DNA from: Octopus sinensis
Taxonomy: Eukaryota
Direction: 5' to 3'
NCBI RefSeq assembly: GCF_006345805.1
Contig: NC_042998.1
Coordinates: 48,918,001-48,982,000, forward strand
DNA length: 64,000 bases
Part shown: positions 1 through 15,188 of the stretch, piece by piece
Position numbering within the stretch: the first letter of the stretch is position 1
How the letters are laid out: each line of letters opens with the position of its first letter
Notes under the pieces: generated by a model
Told to the model about the DNA's origin: nothing
What the model saw: only the letters and a program-made list of their open reading frames with translations
Database searches by the model: none
Made by a program: the position numbers and the translations under genes

Positions 1-360
1 TGCCGCTACGTTCTGAATTCAAATTCCGCCAAGGTCGACTTTGCCTTTCATCCTCTCGGGATCGATTAGATAAGTACCAGTTCCTCACTGGGGTCGATAA
101 AATCGACTTAATCTGTTTGTCTGTCTTTGTTTGTCCCCTCTGTGTGTAGCCCCTTGTGGGTAGTAAAGAAATAGGTATTTCATCTGCCGTTACATTCTGA
201 GTTCGGATTCCGCCGACGTCAACTTTGCCTTTCATCCTCTCGGGGTCGATAAATTAAGTACCAGTTACGCACTGGGGTCGATGCAAGCGACTTAATCCCT
301 TTGTCTGTCCTTGTTTGAACCTTCTATGTTTAGCCCCTTGTGGGAAATAAAGAAATAAGA
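1..360 (+). mobile_element. SINE family A (Nin/Deu-like core), tandem dimer
   Basis: Core gactttgcctttcatcct.tcggggtcgataaattaagtaccag twice. Other copies at about 2380-2795(-), 9404-9552, 10280-10475(-), 18355-18565, 19895-20110(-), 36685-36900(-), 37245-37455(-), 42350-42560, 54113-54310, 58765-58970, 59462-59670, 59817-60030. Confidence 0.85.
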
Positions 361-3241
361 AACAATTCTGCTAACTCACTGCCTTCAATTCTTAACAGGA
401 TATGTAATATAACAGTAACTAAACTCAACATAAGGTTGCAAAGTGGTTCAGTCTACTACAAGCAGATATTCAACTGCCATAAAATGTGTTTCATATGAAA
501 AATAAATAATCCAGACATCACTGATCTACTGGTTCAGACTCTTATAGTTGTTTCTCACTTATCACACCAAATTTGCTTACAGTACCATCTAACTCTCACT
601 CACACAGAGCTATTCCGTTTACTTTTCTGATTCATCATTCATGTTATGATCTCTTTTTCTCTCCATCCCACTCTCTCCTTCTCTCTATCTCACTCTCTCC
701 TTCTTTCTCTCTCACTCTCTCTCTCCCTTTTCCTCTCTCTAATACACACCAAATATCGCATTCTTTTTTCCTTCTCTCATATGTTCTTAGTAAACACTAA
801 GACTTAACTCATATCATATTAAATCAAAAAGAAATCTTTTCACATCTGAACACATTTTCCTGATCCCTTACACTAAAATCAATTCAGTTCGCCTTCTTAA
901 ATAACAATGAAAGACTAAAACAAAATTAAAATAGATGCTGCATTGTTTCTATACATTACCTGAGGGAATAAAGTCTTTTAGCATACTACTCATAAAAGTA
1001 TATCTCCTCAATGACACTGTATTATGTCACTGCTTGTTACCAATTCTATATATGATCGAATGAAATGACTATTTAAAGGAAAAGGAAAAAAACAACAAGT
1101 CTCATATAATTCTGTATGACTTAACAAAAGAGAAGAGAGAAGTGTTACTTCATTGTAATGTCCCTAAAAATATCTCTGACTCAAAGTTTTCTAATAATCT
1201 AAAATGTTTAAGAGAGCAGACAAATGTTCGAGTTAAAAACATGTTTCATGCCAAACACTTTAAATGATAGAGAAATAAAAGTTTTTGCCAAGAATTCAGT
1301 CATCTGTGTAAATGTTGCTCAACTTTGTTAATCTGACGGTAGATTGTTGTCTCCAAAATTGACTGTTTTATAATGTTTTAATGGATGGATGCACTTCTCA
1401 GACATAAAAATGAGATTGATGCCTATTTTATTTTCTCTGTGTATATGTGTGAACATGCTTGCTTGTGTGCGTGCGTATACACTTGCTAGTATGTATGTAT
1501 GTATGCATGTATGTATGTATGTATATATGTTTGTATGTATATATGTATGTATGTATGTATGCATGTATGTATGTATGTATGTATGTATGTATGCATGTAT
1601 GTATGTGTGTATGTATGTGTGTATGTATGTTATATATGTGTCTCTATGTATGTATGTAATAGATAAACATATAACATTGAAATTTGTTTATTTTCTTTAT
1701 GCATATGCCACCAATTTGGCTATTGTTTCTTTGAACTTGTACCAATATATATATATATATATGTGGGTATATATACACACACACATATATATATACACAT
1801 ATGCATATATCTCTTGCATAATGGTAAATGTTGCATCATGTCAGAAACGATTCTGTATCATTATGAATATTGTATAAGACTGCAGAAAGAGTTACATGAA
1901 TATGGAGATGGGTTTATTGTTGTGTACCATCCACAATATATATTAATTCTACACCAAAAAGAGCATATTTAACTCTGCTATAAAATAATGTTTGGTTTAA
2001 ATCATCACCTTCATTATAGTATTGATGTTAGTATTGGTGATATATTGATTGTGGCAGGTTTGTCTGAAAATAGAATGATTGACTTTAAAATAAGCTTGAA
2101 AATAATTCCATCATTACATTTGTATGTAATACAATGTAGCTATAACATGAAGTCAGACCATAACACCACCCTATCATTAGATATCATTATAGGAATAAGG
2201 AATATCATCTTTATTATTATCATCAGTATTTTAATATCCACTTTTCCATGCTTGCATGGCTCAGGCAGCATTCATCAAGGCAGATTTTTTATGGCAGGAT
2301 CCACTTCTTGTTGCCAACCATCCCCAGTTTCTGAGTAAGGTAATATGCCCCCATGGAAGTATGGAAATATCTTTGCCGAATATTCTTTTCTACTCTAGGC
2401 ACAAGGCCTGAAATTTTGGGGGAGGGGGCCAGTCGATTAGATCAACCCCAGTATGCAACTGGTACTTAATTTATCGACCCTGAAAGGATGAAAGGAATTT
2501 GAACTCAGATTGTAAAGACAGACAAGATACCGCAAAGCATTTCACCCAGTGTGCTAATGTTTCTTATTTCTTTATTGCCCACAAGGAGCTAAACATAGAG
2601 AGGACAAACAAGGACAGATAAAGGGATTAAGTTGATTACATCAACCCCAGTGTATAACTGGTACTTAATTTATCAACCACGAAAGGATGAAAGGCAAAGT
2701 CGACCTCTGTGGAATTTGAACTCAGAACATAACGGCAGACGAAAAACTGCTAAGCATTTTGCCCGGCGTGCTAACGTTTCTGCCAGCTCGCCGCCTTATC
2801 TTTGCAGAATATTGAAAATGAATGACATTCATTTACAACAGTCACACAATGTCATGGCAAAGAGACATGAACATGCTGACACTCACTCAAACACACACAC
2901 ACACACACCACACACACACACACACATACGTTTCAGTCTACCAAATCTACTCACAAGCCTTTGATTGATTTTGGCTATAGTAAAAGACCCTTACCCAAGA
3001 TGACATGCAGTGAGTGAGACAGAACCTGAAACCATGTGGTTGAAAAGCATTCTTAACCACACAATAATACCAGCACCAATGCATATATATATAATACAGT
3101 AACCGAGTATATGCAAAACAGCAAACAAACAAATCCCTATGCTACATATACACAAAGACAGAAAATATCACCACGGATATAAAATATCTATAATCAAATA
3201 CCTTAGACATGCATTAAAATTTTATTGCCAATAAAGAAGCT

Positions 3242-3471
3242 TTAACTCTTTAACATTTAGCTTACTCTGTCGACTGCAATGCTTATTTGTTCACATTGTT
3301 TTGAATTAATCATGCATTGTCTTGTAGCTTTGAGATTTCAGTGATGTGACTGTTTCTTTTTAAATGACATTGTAGGGTGAGTGCAAGAGGCCTGATCTGG
3401 TAGGTTTTCCCTCCTTAAAATAGGGAGAATATTTGGGTCTGATATGGCCAGTTTAAATGCTAAAGAGTTAA
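3242..3471. mobile_element. TTAA-flanked piggyBac-type MITE (related copies at about 41110-41293 and 57393-57897; another type at 59131-59367)
   Basis: TTAA-ctctttaacattta ... taaatgctaaagag-TTAA. Confidence 0.7.
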
Positions 3472-5099
3472 ACAAGAAAGTCTTGCCAGTAAAAGAATCA
3501 TTAGTTACCAACAGGCACCCCGTGAGTATAGAGTAACATAGAACAAATTTTCTCATATTGACACAACTAATGCTGCATCCATAAAAATACTAACCACACT
3601 TTAAAGGGTAAAGAACCCCTTCGGTCATGAATGACCATGGGACTGCACCAAGAAAGTTATCCTCAAAAGCACAAATCTGGGCAAGGTTATTTATGGAAGA
3701 TCAGCAGTCACCCATGCATACCAGCCTCCCTTCTCCATGCCACTGATTTTATTTAAGGCAAAGACAAAGTCCAATACAGCTTGGCACCAGTAACATTGCA
3801 ACTCATTTCTACAGCTGAGTGAACTGGAGTAATATGAAAATAAGGTGGTTTGTTCAAGAAGTAACACAATGCCCAGTCCAGGAATCAAACTCACTACCTC
3901 ATGTTTGTGAGTCCGACACTCTAACCACTGCCACTGACCCTTATCATTTTACTTAAAGAACTACAAAAAAACAGTTGCACCCTGCTTACAGAATGTATCA
4001 TCATCATCATCATCATCGTCATCTTCTGGTCAGGCAACTTGCCCACATCAATAAATTATATTGGTCTTTCAATAGCTGAATGTCTCATCTGCCCAGATGA
4101 TAGCAGTGGTTCACTAACTGAACTGACTGATCCTGGCCATTGACAGTTTGTTGTCTGTTTAGCTGCTCAGCATTTAGTGACACTCGACATTTGCAGAAAT
4201 AGTTCATATCCATCATACTGCATCTCATGATTTCAATATAACCTTGGCTCGGGTAGTTCCTTGCTGCCAGGCCTTGCCAAAGTGCCACCTGTGATTTGGT
4301 CTGTGATTGTTTATTCCTTTTCACAGCTGATCACTATTTACATGTTAATTAACCCACAGCTGGGGCCCCTAACAAGTGCTACTACTCTGGTTCATAGCAG
4401 ACCCGAGAACAATTGTTGCCCCACACTTTTCAAAACCTTGTAACTCCAGAATCAGAGCCCCACTACCAGATGTAGTTTAAAGTCATACCCAGAACAGAAT
4501 GAATACATTCAGTTGACACTGAATTAGCATCGCTGATTGACAGATGACGGTATCGTTTAGAGAATACGTGGGCTGAGACTACGCTCCTTCAGTAGTCAGT
4601 TAAAGTTGAGACAGTGCCACGTGACAACTTGCTGGGGCTGCCTGCTGGAGCCTAGTAGCAGGTATTTAAAGGAAAAAATTGACAAAACGGTCAGTCACCT
4701 ACTGACACTCATTGACGCTACATCGAAGAGGCTAGGGAACAGAAGAAAGAAGACATGCACCCAACACCAGAGCTGAAGACACTTCCGAAAAGAGGGGCCC
4801 TGCCACATCAAAATGGTAGAGGAGTAGGGGCCGAAACTGGATGTGGTTCCTCCTGATGATATCTTGAATTAACTGGATCCTATAAAGGAGCTGTTGTGGT
4901 AGCAGACCACGAAACATGGTTGAAATTCCTTGTGGAAAAACCTATAATGTAGAACACTTATGGAAAACCTCTTCATCAACATGAAATCACAAAGTAGCAA
5001 ACTACAGTACCTTTGATTAACAATGTAACATACAATTTTGAATATCCACATGAAAACATATTATATATAAGCTTCATAGTTCTACATTTGGCATTCAAG

Positions 5100-5870
5100 T
5101 GTGACAAAGATCTTTGACAGCTTCTTACTCTCTTCTTCTCCACACTTCCTATTAGTATGATCCTGGGCAATGAATTGCGGTGTAATATATGTCCAAAATA
5201 TGAAGCTTTGTAGACTTGATTCTTGATGAAATGTGCATTTGGACTCCCAGCTTTTCTAGTACTGCAGCAATTGTTACCTTGTCTTCTTAGCTTATTCTTT
5301 CCAATCTAGAAAAAATTCACAACTCAACGACAACTATCTCCTCCATTACTCCATACATAGTCCAAGTTTCTACTCCATAGAGGACAATTTGCATAACATA
5401 ACGATTTACAATTTTCAGTTGTAGGTGCAATGTTATATCTTTTGAGGTGGAGATCTTTTCCATTCCTATAAATACAGCTTTACCTTTATTTAGTCTGACT
5501 AACTTTCACACAGCGACCTTCTTGATTTATTATTTGTTCTAAATACTTAAGTTTTTTTACTTGTTTTAATCTTCTGCTCATCTACTTTTACATTTACTTC
5601 CTATCATTCTATCTTACTAATAACCATTGTCATTGTCTTTTTTCCATATTCATATTTATGCTTTTATGACATAAACAATTTCTTGTAATTTCTCATTACT
5701 GTCAACCAATAAAACTGTATCATCAGAATATCTTATATTGGATATGTTCTTGCCATTCACTGTGAGTCTTTTGATCTCGTTTGAATTTGAATAAATACTT
5801 AGTATAAATTTTGAATAGATGTGGTGATAACATATCCTTGTCTTACACCTCTTTCTATACAAACTCATAT
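5100..5870 (-). mobile_element. RTE-clade LINE RT/3' fragment, degraded
   Basis: NISNIRYSDDTVLLVDSNEKLQEI (RYADD motif), IVLYGVETWT, YFGHILHRNSLPRIILIGSVEKKR. Confidence 0.85.
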
Positions 5871-5873
5871 ATA

Positions 5874-5904
<31 letters not shown>

Positions 5905-5995
5905 GTGTGTGTATATATATATGTGGGTGTATATATATATTTATATATGTGTGCATGTACATATATGTATATATGTATATATGTGTATATGTATA

Positions 5996-6038
<43 letters not shown>

Positions 6039-6095
6039 ATATATTTATGTATATATGTATATACATATTTATGTATGTGTATATATGTATGTATG

Positions 6096-6129
<34 letters not shown>

Positions 6130-6742
6130 CATGCACACACACATATATATACACACACACATACATGCATAAATACATAAATACATACATACATGCATGA
6201 ATACATACATACAGACATACATACATACTTAAATACATACACACACATACATGCATAAATACATACATACATAGAAGATATTTGATTAATCTACTTTATT
6301 TTCCTGTGTGCAAAGAGAACAACAAGCTGTATTTACATGTGTTTATTTCCTACAGCAAAGGTGTTATAAACTATAATCTTACTCCATAAATTTTTATCTT
6401 AGATTTTTCTAATACCATAATGTTTGTGCATAAAATATATATTAACATAAATGTATATATAGATGTGTAATCACATTCACATATATGCTACACACATAAA
6501 ATCTTAAATGTTAGTGATTACTTGACTATTCATATGTATGTATGTATGTGTATGTATGTATGTATGTATGTATGTATGTATGTATGTATGTATGTGCGTG
6601 TATGTATATATAAACACACATGTGAATGTGTAGATCTGGATTCATACAGTTTTTTTTATATACACACATTTCTATATTCAAGTATACACATATACTTAAA
6701 TACATACATATATGCACATACATATATACATGGATACATACG

Positions 6743-6780
<38 letters not shown>

Positions 6781-7242
6781 CATGCATATATGGGTATATA
6801 TATATATATATATATATACGTCTATAAAGTTATGTATCAAAATAGTATAGCAAGAAGGTGTATACTGTTGCCAATCTGCAACACCATAGTTGCATATTGC
6901 ACTGAGACACAGCCATATGTGCAACATACATCAAAGGAATATAAGACGAAAAGATTTGGCTCTGTAGTTAAAATATATTACAGAAAATTTTCTAAATGGA
7001 CTTTTTAAATAAATGCAAAATAGCAGACACATACACATTACACACACACAGACACACACACATGTACACACATCCATACATAGACATGTACATGTACATA
7101 TGTACGTATATATGTATGTATGTTTGTTGCATGTATGTACATATGTGTGCATGCACACACATAAAATAGCACTAATGCATGTATTCTAGAAAATTACTTG
7201 CTACTTTAATACACATATATGGATGGATTTAAAAACATTACA

Positions 7243-7325
<83 letters not shown>

Positions 7326-7439
7326 CCACACAATTTGAAAAAACCTCAACAGGTGAAACTTTGAGGTTACTTCAAAAATAAATCTATATATGTGTGTGAA
7401 TGTATATAATATATATATATAATATATATATATATATAT

Positions 7440-7515
<76 letters not shown>

Positions 7516-7535
7516 GTATATATTTATATATATGT

Positions 7536-7601
<66 letters not shown>

Positions 7602-7744
7602 ACCTGCTCACTTATAATCACATTATAAGTCATCATCATCATCTTACATCTGCTTACCTTGCTGTCATAGGATATATACGAGTGAGTATGTGTAAATGTG
7701 TATATGTATATCTGTGTGTATACATACATACATACATACATATA

Positions 7745-7803
<59 letters not shown>

Positions 7804-7860
7804 GTGTGTATGTACACATACATATATATATATTTATTTATATGTATATATATTATTAGT
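5868..7860. repeat. Compound (TA)/(TATG)/(CA) microsatellite field, representative of many (e.g. 1490-1660, 9140-9280 GTA, 30055-30442, 39000-39530, 53660-53820 TAA, 61260-62000)
   Basis: Direct inspection; these explain the [12 protein letters not shown] ORFs. Confidence 0.95.
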
Positions 7861-8298
7861 TGATAAATCGTGTGGTATATGCAGATGCATACACACATAT
7901 GCATGTACATAGGTAAATACCAGTAACAAAACTATTATTTTGTCTGTATGCAGACTTCATATAATAATCTACACACACACACACACACACATGCACATTC
8001 TCAGATGTGGTAAGAAATCATTATAAAAGAACTAAAAGGAAAATAAGAGAAACATAACAGAAATTGAGAAGAAAGAACGCAAAAGAAAAATAAAGATCTA
8101 GATAAATAAATAAATAAATAAAATGAAATTCTAATTCTCTCTGGATAAAACATATTTTTCAATTGGTTTATGTGTATGAACCTGTCTGCTTTAATATCGA
8201 TCCACATATTTCCAGAGAATTCTATTTGGTCTATTTTACTTCATTTTTGTTATTTCTGGGGGAGTTTTTGCTTGTTTTATTTTTGTTATTCATTTGTT

Positions 8299-8833
8299 TT
8301 GTTGTTGTTGTTTTTTTCTGGCTTCAGTTTTTTTTGTTTTTTTTGCCCCTTTTCTTTTGTCTTTTTTTTTATTTTTAGATTATTTTTATAGCCATTCATG
8401 CTCTCTTTTCTTCCTTATCCTTCAAGATTTTGGCATTAAATCTTTTACCATTGAAATTCTGGCATCAAATCTCTTGGGTGGTGATAGTTGTGGTACTATT
8501 GTTGTTGTTATTGTTGATGTTGTTGTGGTTGTTGTTATTAGTGGTGGTGGTGTTTTTTTTTTGTTGTTGTTGTTTTTTTCTGGCTTCAGTTTTTTTTGTT
8601 TTTTTTTGCCCCTTTTCTTTTGTCTTTTTTTTTATTTTTAGATTATTTTTATAGCCATTCATGCTCTCTTTTCTTCCTTATCCTTCAAGATTTTGGCATT
8701 AAATCTTTTACCATTGAAATTCTGGCATCAAATCTCTTGGGTGGTGATAGTTGTGGTACTATTGTTGTTGTTATTGTTGATGTTGTTGTGGTTGTTGTTA
8801 TTAGTGGTGGTGGTGTTTTTTTTTTGTTGTTGT
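8299..8833. repeat. Near-identical 263-bp tandem duplication
   Basis: Identical ORF starts at 8430 and 8693; differences only in homopolymer lengths. Confidence 0.9.
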
Positions 8834-9137
8834 GTTTGTGATATGCTTGTGACAGAGGTAATAGCTGTAATCATACCCTTGTGATAACAAGGGTATTGGT
8901 TGCTGTGGTCATACAGGTAGTGATTGCTGTTTTGGCAGTAGTTTTGTGATTTCAGCAGTAGTTATGGTAATGATAGTTGTTCTGGTAGTACTCCATGTTT
9001 CGGTGGTAGTCATGGTTGGAAACATAGTGCTAGCAATAATAGTGATGGTTGTTGTTTTATTGGTAGTGTCAGTAGCACTGGATGTTTTGGTAGTAGTAGT
9101 GATAAAGACATAGGTAGTGATTGTTGTTTTGATGGTT

Positions 9138-9189
<52 letters not shown>

Positions 9190-9248
9190 CAGCAGTAGCA
9201 GCAGCAGTAGCAGTAGTAGTGGTGGTAGTAGTAGTAGTAGTAGTGGTA

Positions 9249-9279
<31 letters not shown>

Positions 9280-9737
9280 CAAGCAAGGGTGAGGGTTATT
9301 GTATTGGTAGTTATGCAAGAGTTGCAGTAGTAGTATTATTAGTATTATTGCAATGGCATTAGTACTGTGGGAAGGGACAATATTAATAGTATTATCCATC
9401 TTCATGTTCTGAGTTCAAATTCCACCAAGGTCAACTTTGCCTTTAATTTTTTTTCAGGGTCAGAAAAAATAATGTACCAGTTGCACCTTGGGGTCAATGT
9501 AATTGATTTAACTTCTTACAATTGCTGGTCTTGTACCAAAATTTGAAGCCACTATTGCTGGTGGGGGTGGGGTGAGATGGGGGTAATAGCAGCAGTATTA
9601 GTATGGGAAGAGGGGCAATTGTTACAGTGTTAGTACTGGGGCAAATAATAATGCTGTTGGTACTGGTGGCACTGGTAACAGTATTAGTATTGAGAGATGA
9701 GGGTGGGGAATTGTAATAGTGCTAGTACTAGGGGGTG

Positions 9738-10050
9738 AAGGCACATAGCTTAGTGGTTAGGTTGTTCGGCTTGCAATCATAAGATTGTAAGTTCAATTCT
9801 CAGTGACGTGTTGTCTTCTTGAGCAACACATTTTATTTCACATTACTCCAGTCCACTCTGCTGGCAGAAATGAGTAGTACCTGTATTTCAAAGGGTCAGC
9901 CTTGACTCATTCTGTCACACTGAATCTCCCTAAAGAACTACATTAAGGGCACACGTGTTTGTGGAATACTCAGCCATTTACATGTTATTTTCATGAGCAG
10001 GCTGTGCCATCAACTGGATCAACTGGAACAGCCAGCATTGTAACCAACAG
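9738..10050 (+). mobile_element. SINE family D (tRNA-like head gtgaaggcacatagcttagtggttag)
   Basis: A/B-box-like head; related copies at about 3610-3935(-), 20185-20452(-), 23830-23962(-), 26265-26572(-), 55390-55860(-). Confidence 0.65.
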
Positions 10051-10625
10051 AGCGCTAGTAGTAGTAGTACTAGGGGAGGGGTAGTAGAAATGGATTAAGC
10101 ACTGGATAATAAGTACTACTAGCACTAGTCTTAGTAGTAGTGTTTGTAGTTATGATGGTGTTGCTGATTGGGAAAATGATAGTAATTCTATTTATGGTGC
10201 TGTTGGTGATTGTAATAGATGTGGTGGAGGTGATGGCTGTAAAGCTGTTACCAGTAATATCAGTTTGAAATTCTGGCATAAGCAATTTTGGGGGAAAGCG
10301 TAAGTCGATTACATTGACCCCAGTTCTCAACTAGTACTAATTCTATCGACCCCCAAAAGGATGAAAAGCAAAGTTGACCTCAGTGAAATTTGAACTCAGA
10401 CCATGAAGATGGACGAAATGCCGCTAAGCATTTTTTCCTGGTGTGGTAATGATTCTATCAGCTCACCATCTTACTGCTTCGAGTAATATTGTTGGTGTGG
10501 TTCCGCACTCTTGAGAACTTCATATCCTCTCACCCTATCCAATCCCCCGTACCACGTCACTTATATTCACCTCCATATACCTTGAGGTTACACCCCACCA
10601 CAATACATCTTCACCACTACCATTT

Positions 10626-10683
<58 letters not shown>

Positions 10684-12425
10684 CTCTTTTTTCCAACTAG
10701 GTAGCTATGTATCCCTTTTACAGTAAGAGAATTGTTTCTGTCCCTCTGTCTTGCTTTAACTTTTTGTTACTCAGCACTAAGCCATCTCTCTTAATACTAC
10801 TCTCTACTCTCAGTTGAGGAGTCTTTATCTTGCAAGTTATTTGGTGACTTCATTGGTGTTGGTGCCACATATGAAGCACCCAGTACACTTTGTAAAGTGC
10901 TTGGTGCTAGAAAGTTTGGTACAGTTCCCCAACACAAACTGTCAAACACATGCCCGTATGGAAATGCCAGTATGGAAAATATTGTTAAAAGCAGGTGATG
11001 ATGACAATGGTTAACACTGGTCAGAATATTTTGGTGAGGCTGCAAGCGACAGAATTTGTGGTTGTATTGCTTGTATTGGAGCTAGTGTCAATGTCAGCAG
11101 TTGTTATTTTGGGGGGGGGGGGGTTGAGTGGGGGGATGTGCTTTTGATTGGGTGATGATTTTAGTTATGGTGTAAGTGGTGGTGAGGTGATAGTTGTCTT
11201 GGTGCTGAGATGGAGGTTGATCATTCTGGTAATGATTATTTATTTATTTATTTATTTATTTCATAATTTATTCCTGCTGAAAGTTGACATAACTAGTTCA
11301 AGAAAATTACACAAGAAAAGACTCAGATTAAATAAAATAAGAAGAAAAAATATAAAGTAATTTGCTTTCTTTTTTTTTCTTCAAAATCCTTGAGAATATC
11401 AACTATTTTTTTTTACTTAAAAAAATTATTTAAATTCTTTTTTTAAGTAAAGGGGAAAGTATTGAAACAAGCTTTCATTTCTATTTTCTCCGTCTTCTTC
11501 TTCTTCTTCTTCTTCTTTTTCTTCTATGTGATTTGTATTTGATATTCCTATTGGAATTTTCACAAAGGAGAGAAAGATTAAGTTCATAATTGTAGTAAAT
11601 TTTTTTGCAGTCAATATTTTTTTTTTATTCATTTTCATATTTATTATGTTTTACAATGAAGTCGTAATATATATTTGATGGGGTGGTGAATGTATGTGTG
11701 TGTGTGTGTGTATGTGTGTGTGTATGTGTGTATTCGGAAACTAGAAGAGAAGAATAGGAAACAAAAAAAGAAGAGGGTGTGGAGGGAGCAGCTGGAGAAC
11801 ATGACTGAGAAATGTAATGGAAGAGACAGAGAGAGAGAGACAGACAGACAGATAGACAGAGACAGAGAGAGAGAGAGGATGGCAACAGTGAAATATATGC
11901 TGCTCTAGAGATATAGAGGAGAGGAAAAACAGATGCTGCAACCAAGAGAGAGATGGTAGTGGGAGTGACAAATGAGGAAAGGGGAGGAAGCAAGAGAATA
12001 AGAGTGAAAGTGGAAGTACTATCAGAAAAGATTTTACTGATGACCTTGACAATGACAGTAAGCCTGACCTTGACAATGGCTTACCTTTCACTTTTTAGTT
12101 TTTCACTGGTCTCAGTCATTGGATTACAGCTATGCTGGGGCCACCTTGAATGACTTAGTCAAACAAATTGACCCCAGAACTGTTTTTTATTTTTAAGCTT
12201 AGTACTTATTCTATCATCCTCTTTTTGCTGAACTACTAGGTTATGGGATGTAAACAAACCAATATCAGTTGTCATGGAGCAGTGGGGGACAAACACAAAC
12301 ACAAATACAAACAATTCACACACACACACACACACACACATACACACAAACACATATATATGTGTGTATGTGTGTGTGTTTATATATATATGTATGAGTG
12401 TTTGTGTGTATGTTTGTGTGTGTAT

Positions 12426-12459
<34 letters not shown>

Positions 12460-12460
<1 letters not shown>

Positions 12461-13270
12461 AAAAGGTGTGATGAATAAACTGTTGTCTAAATTATGCAAA
12501 AATGAAAATAACACTGACATTTCCTTTTAACATATATTTACCAAAATTACATTAAAATGTCTTGAAATATGGAAGAGTTTAAGTTGTTACGTTTAAGAGT
12601 TAAGTCCCCCTGTTTAAGTTGGTGAATGCTGCCATAACCCTTGCCTTTCATCTTTGGTGTTACTAGTTTTGTTGGTCCCTCGCTCAACTATGCCCCACAC
12701 ATAATAATCTAGAGGGTTGCAGTCTGGGGAGTTAGGTGGCCAGATGTTAGGGGTGGTGTGGTTGCAGACATTATCTGACACCCATGACTGGGTTCTCCTG
12801 CTTGTGTGACATGGTGTAGAGCCTGTTGTTAGACACAGGGTCTTCCAATAGCCACCCTCTTCACCCAGGGCAGCACCATCTCCTCCAGGCACTTGATGAA
12901 GGCCTCCTTGTTGAGTGTGAGGCCGTGTGGGAAGATGAATGGAGGCATAACGTCGCCACCACTAGTGATCACAACACACAGCATGATGTTGACTGAATGT
13001 TTGATTTCTATCACTCTTGGTACATGTCTTCAGATTGACAACCAAACACTCCGAAATGTTCATTTTGGAGCATCCAGTGTGAATGCCAAGAAATACAGCA
13101 TGTCATTTTCAAATTTCTGGCAGAGTGAATTGCATCATGGTGCTGTTTTTCTCACAGTCAGTGCCCAACTGACCCTACTGTACTGTGTAGTTGACAAAAT
13201 CGAAAACAAACAATGCACATATGCAAAATAAAAAATATAAAATGGCAACAATTTACCCATCTCACACTGT
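12460..13270 (-). mobile_element. Internally deleted Tc1/mariner-superfamily (maT-like) transposon with both ends
   Basis: VITSGGDVMPPFIFPHGL...WPPNSPDCNPLDYYVWG transposase C-half; imperfect TIRs ggtgtgatgaataaactgttgtc / ggcaacaatttacccatctcacac. Confidence 0.85.
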
Positions 13271-13272
13271 GT

Positions 13273-13303
<31 letters not shown>

Positions 13304-14624
13304 ATATATATATATATATATTCACACACAATGGTCTACTTTCAGTTTCCATCTTCTAAATACATTCACAAGGCTTTAATTGGCCCAGGGTTATTATAGT
13401 AGACTTGCCCAAGGTGTCATGCAGTGTGACTGAATCTAGAACCACATGGTTGAGAAACAAACGTTTTACCACAGAGCCATACCCGTGCCTACATGCAATA
13501 TCATTAATCTAATAATTTTTAAAAGGGGAAGAAAAAACCTTATTCTGTCATACCACATATGGTAAGAAATATTAATAAAATGTAGACTGATTTCTCTAGT
13601 GAGTGTAAAACTAATATCTGTAGGAAAATTGGAATAGTTAAATGAATTAACCATATATTACTGGTACTTATTCTATCAACACATGTGGATGGAAACAAAA
13701 TCAATATTAATGAAATTTGAATTCACAACCTAGAGACACAGAAATAAAATACTGCACATAGTTAATTTCTACAAAACCCTCTATGGTTGAATATTTATTG
13801 CAGTAAAAACTAAGATATATTGTCATTGTCTACCTAAATCTACCCTGCTGAAAATAGATATTTTTTGCTTCTCTTTGCTATTATTTGTTAGCTGACTTTT
13901 GTAAGTTTTTTTTTAAAGAGTTTAAAACACCATATTCTCTGGCATATAAGTAAAATTTCACAAACCAAAATTTACAGCAAAAAATAATTAGCTCGACTTC
14001 TACACTAAAATTCCATGAGAAATGCAGCAGGACTTGGAAAAATAATAACAATGATTGAATGCCTAAATTACATGTTTACACTATATACTATTTCGATGTG
14101 TATACTGGAAAATGTGGTATATCTGTTCTGAGAGGTGAATGAATGCAAGATGAGAATTTACAGAATGTATATCTACACACATGACTATATACACAAGGCT
14201 ATAATGTATCTGCACTAAAGATTATATATAGAAGACTATATAATTCTATCCAAGACAATATGCACAAGACAATTTACCATATTTTCCCACATACAAACTG
14301 AATTTTTCAGACCAAAATTTACAGCCAAAAAAAATTAGATCAACTTATAGAACAAAAGAACTTTGGAGAACTAAAAGTTTCATGTAAAATGCAACAGGAG
14401 TTGGAAAGATAATGACAATGTTTGACTGTTTACACTATACACTATGTTGACTTGCATGCCAGAAAATACAGCATTTGGTGTAATAATTCATGCATATCTC
14501 CAGAATCTTCTGAATTTTAAGTCACTCCCAAATAGCATGTCTAAGAGAGAATCCTTATATTACCTATTAATGTTTAAGTTGTGTGGGGTACTTGATACTC
14601 TTGACGTATAGGATGCAACAAATA

Positions 14625-15188
14625 TTGGGTTGTCCAGAAAGTTCATGCTGATTTATAGTAGCTAACCTTTCGACTTATTTTAGGACATGGTTGAGTCCAT
14701 AAAATAGGATTTCACTACACCTCCATTTAGAGCACAGTTTAAGCTATCTTTTTGTGGAAGAAGGTTTATGTTCCTAAAACTTGTTAATTTTGTAACCCTT
14801 TAAAATGGAAGATAAGAAAGATCATTTTCAGCACTTGATGATTTGGGAACCAGACAAAAATTGCTGCAGCTTGGCTGGGATGTGTTACCTTACCTTCCAT
14901 ATTCACCAGATATTGCTCCTTCAGATTTCCATTTATTCAGATCTCTGTAGAATAGTCTTAATGGTAAAAATTTCAATTCCTCGGATGACATAAAAAGATA
15001 CCTTGATGAATTCTTTCCCATGAAACCACCTCAATTCTGGGAAGAGGGTATTTTCAAGTTACAGGAAAGATGGAGACGCATTGGGTAACAAAATGGTTCA
15101 TATTTAGTTGATTAAAAATTTAATAGCAAGTATTTATTGACCTTTTACTTTCCTTTAAAAATTGGCGCAAACTTTCTGGACAACCCAA
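14625..15188 (+). mobile_element. Mariner deletion derivative
   Basis: TIRs ttgggttgtccagaaagt / actttctggacaacccaa, TA on both sides, YSPDIAPSDFHLFRSL motif. Confidence 0.9.

Noticed and set aside
4520-4930. GC-richer segment containing CTGAAGA, CTGATGA and several GAAA
   Set aside because: No combination gives valid stems I-III; probably an unclassified repeat.
8909-9286. 125-aa Thr-rich mucin-like ORF on - strand
   Set aside because: Built from degenerate GTA/GTG repeats and open on both strands; no splice signals or signal peptide.
13960-14475. Diverged about 345-bp-spaced local duplication and a 44-bp tandem at about 25868-25955
   Set aside because: Real but ordinary local duplications with no coding or RNA structure evident.
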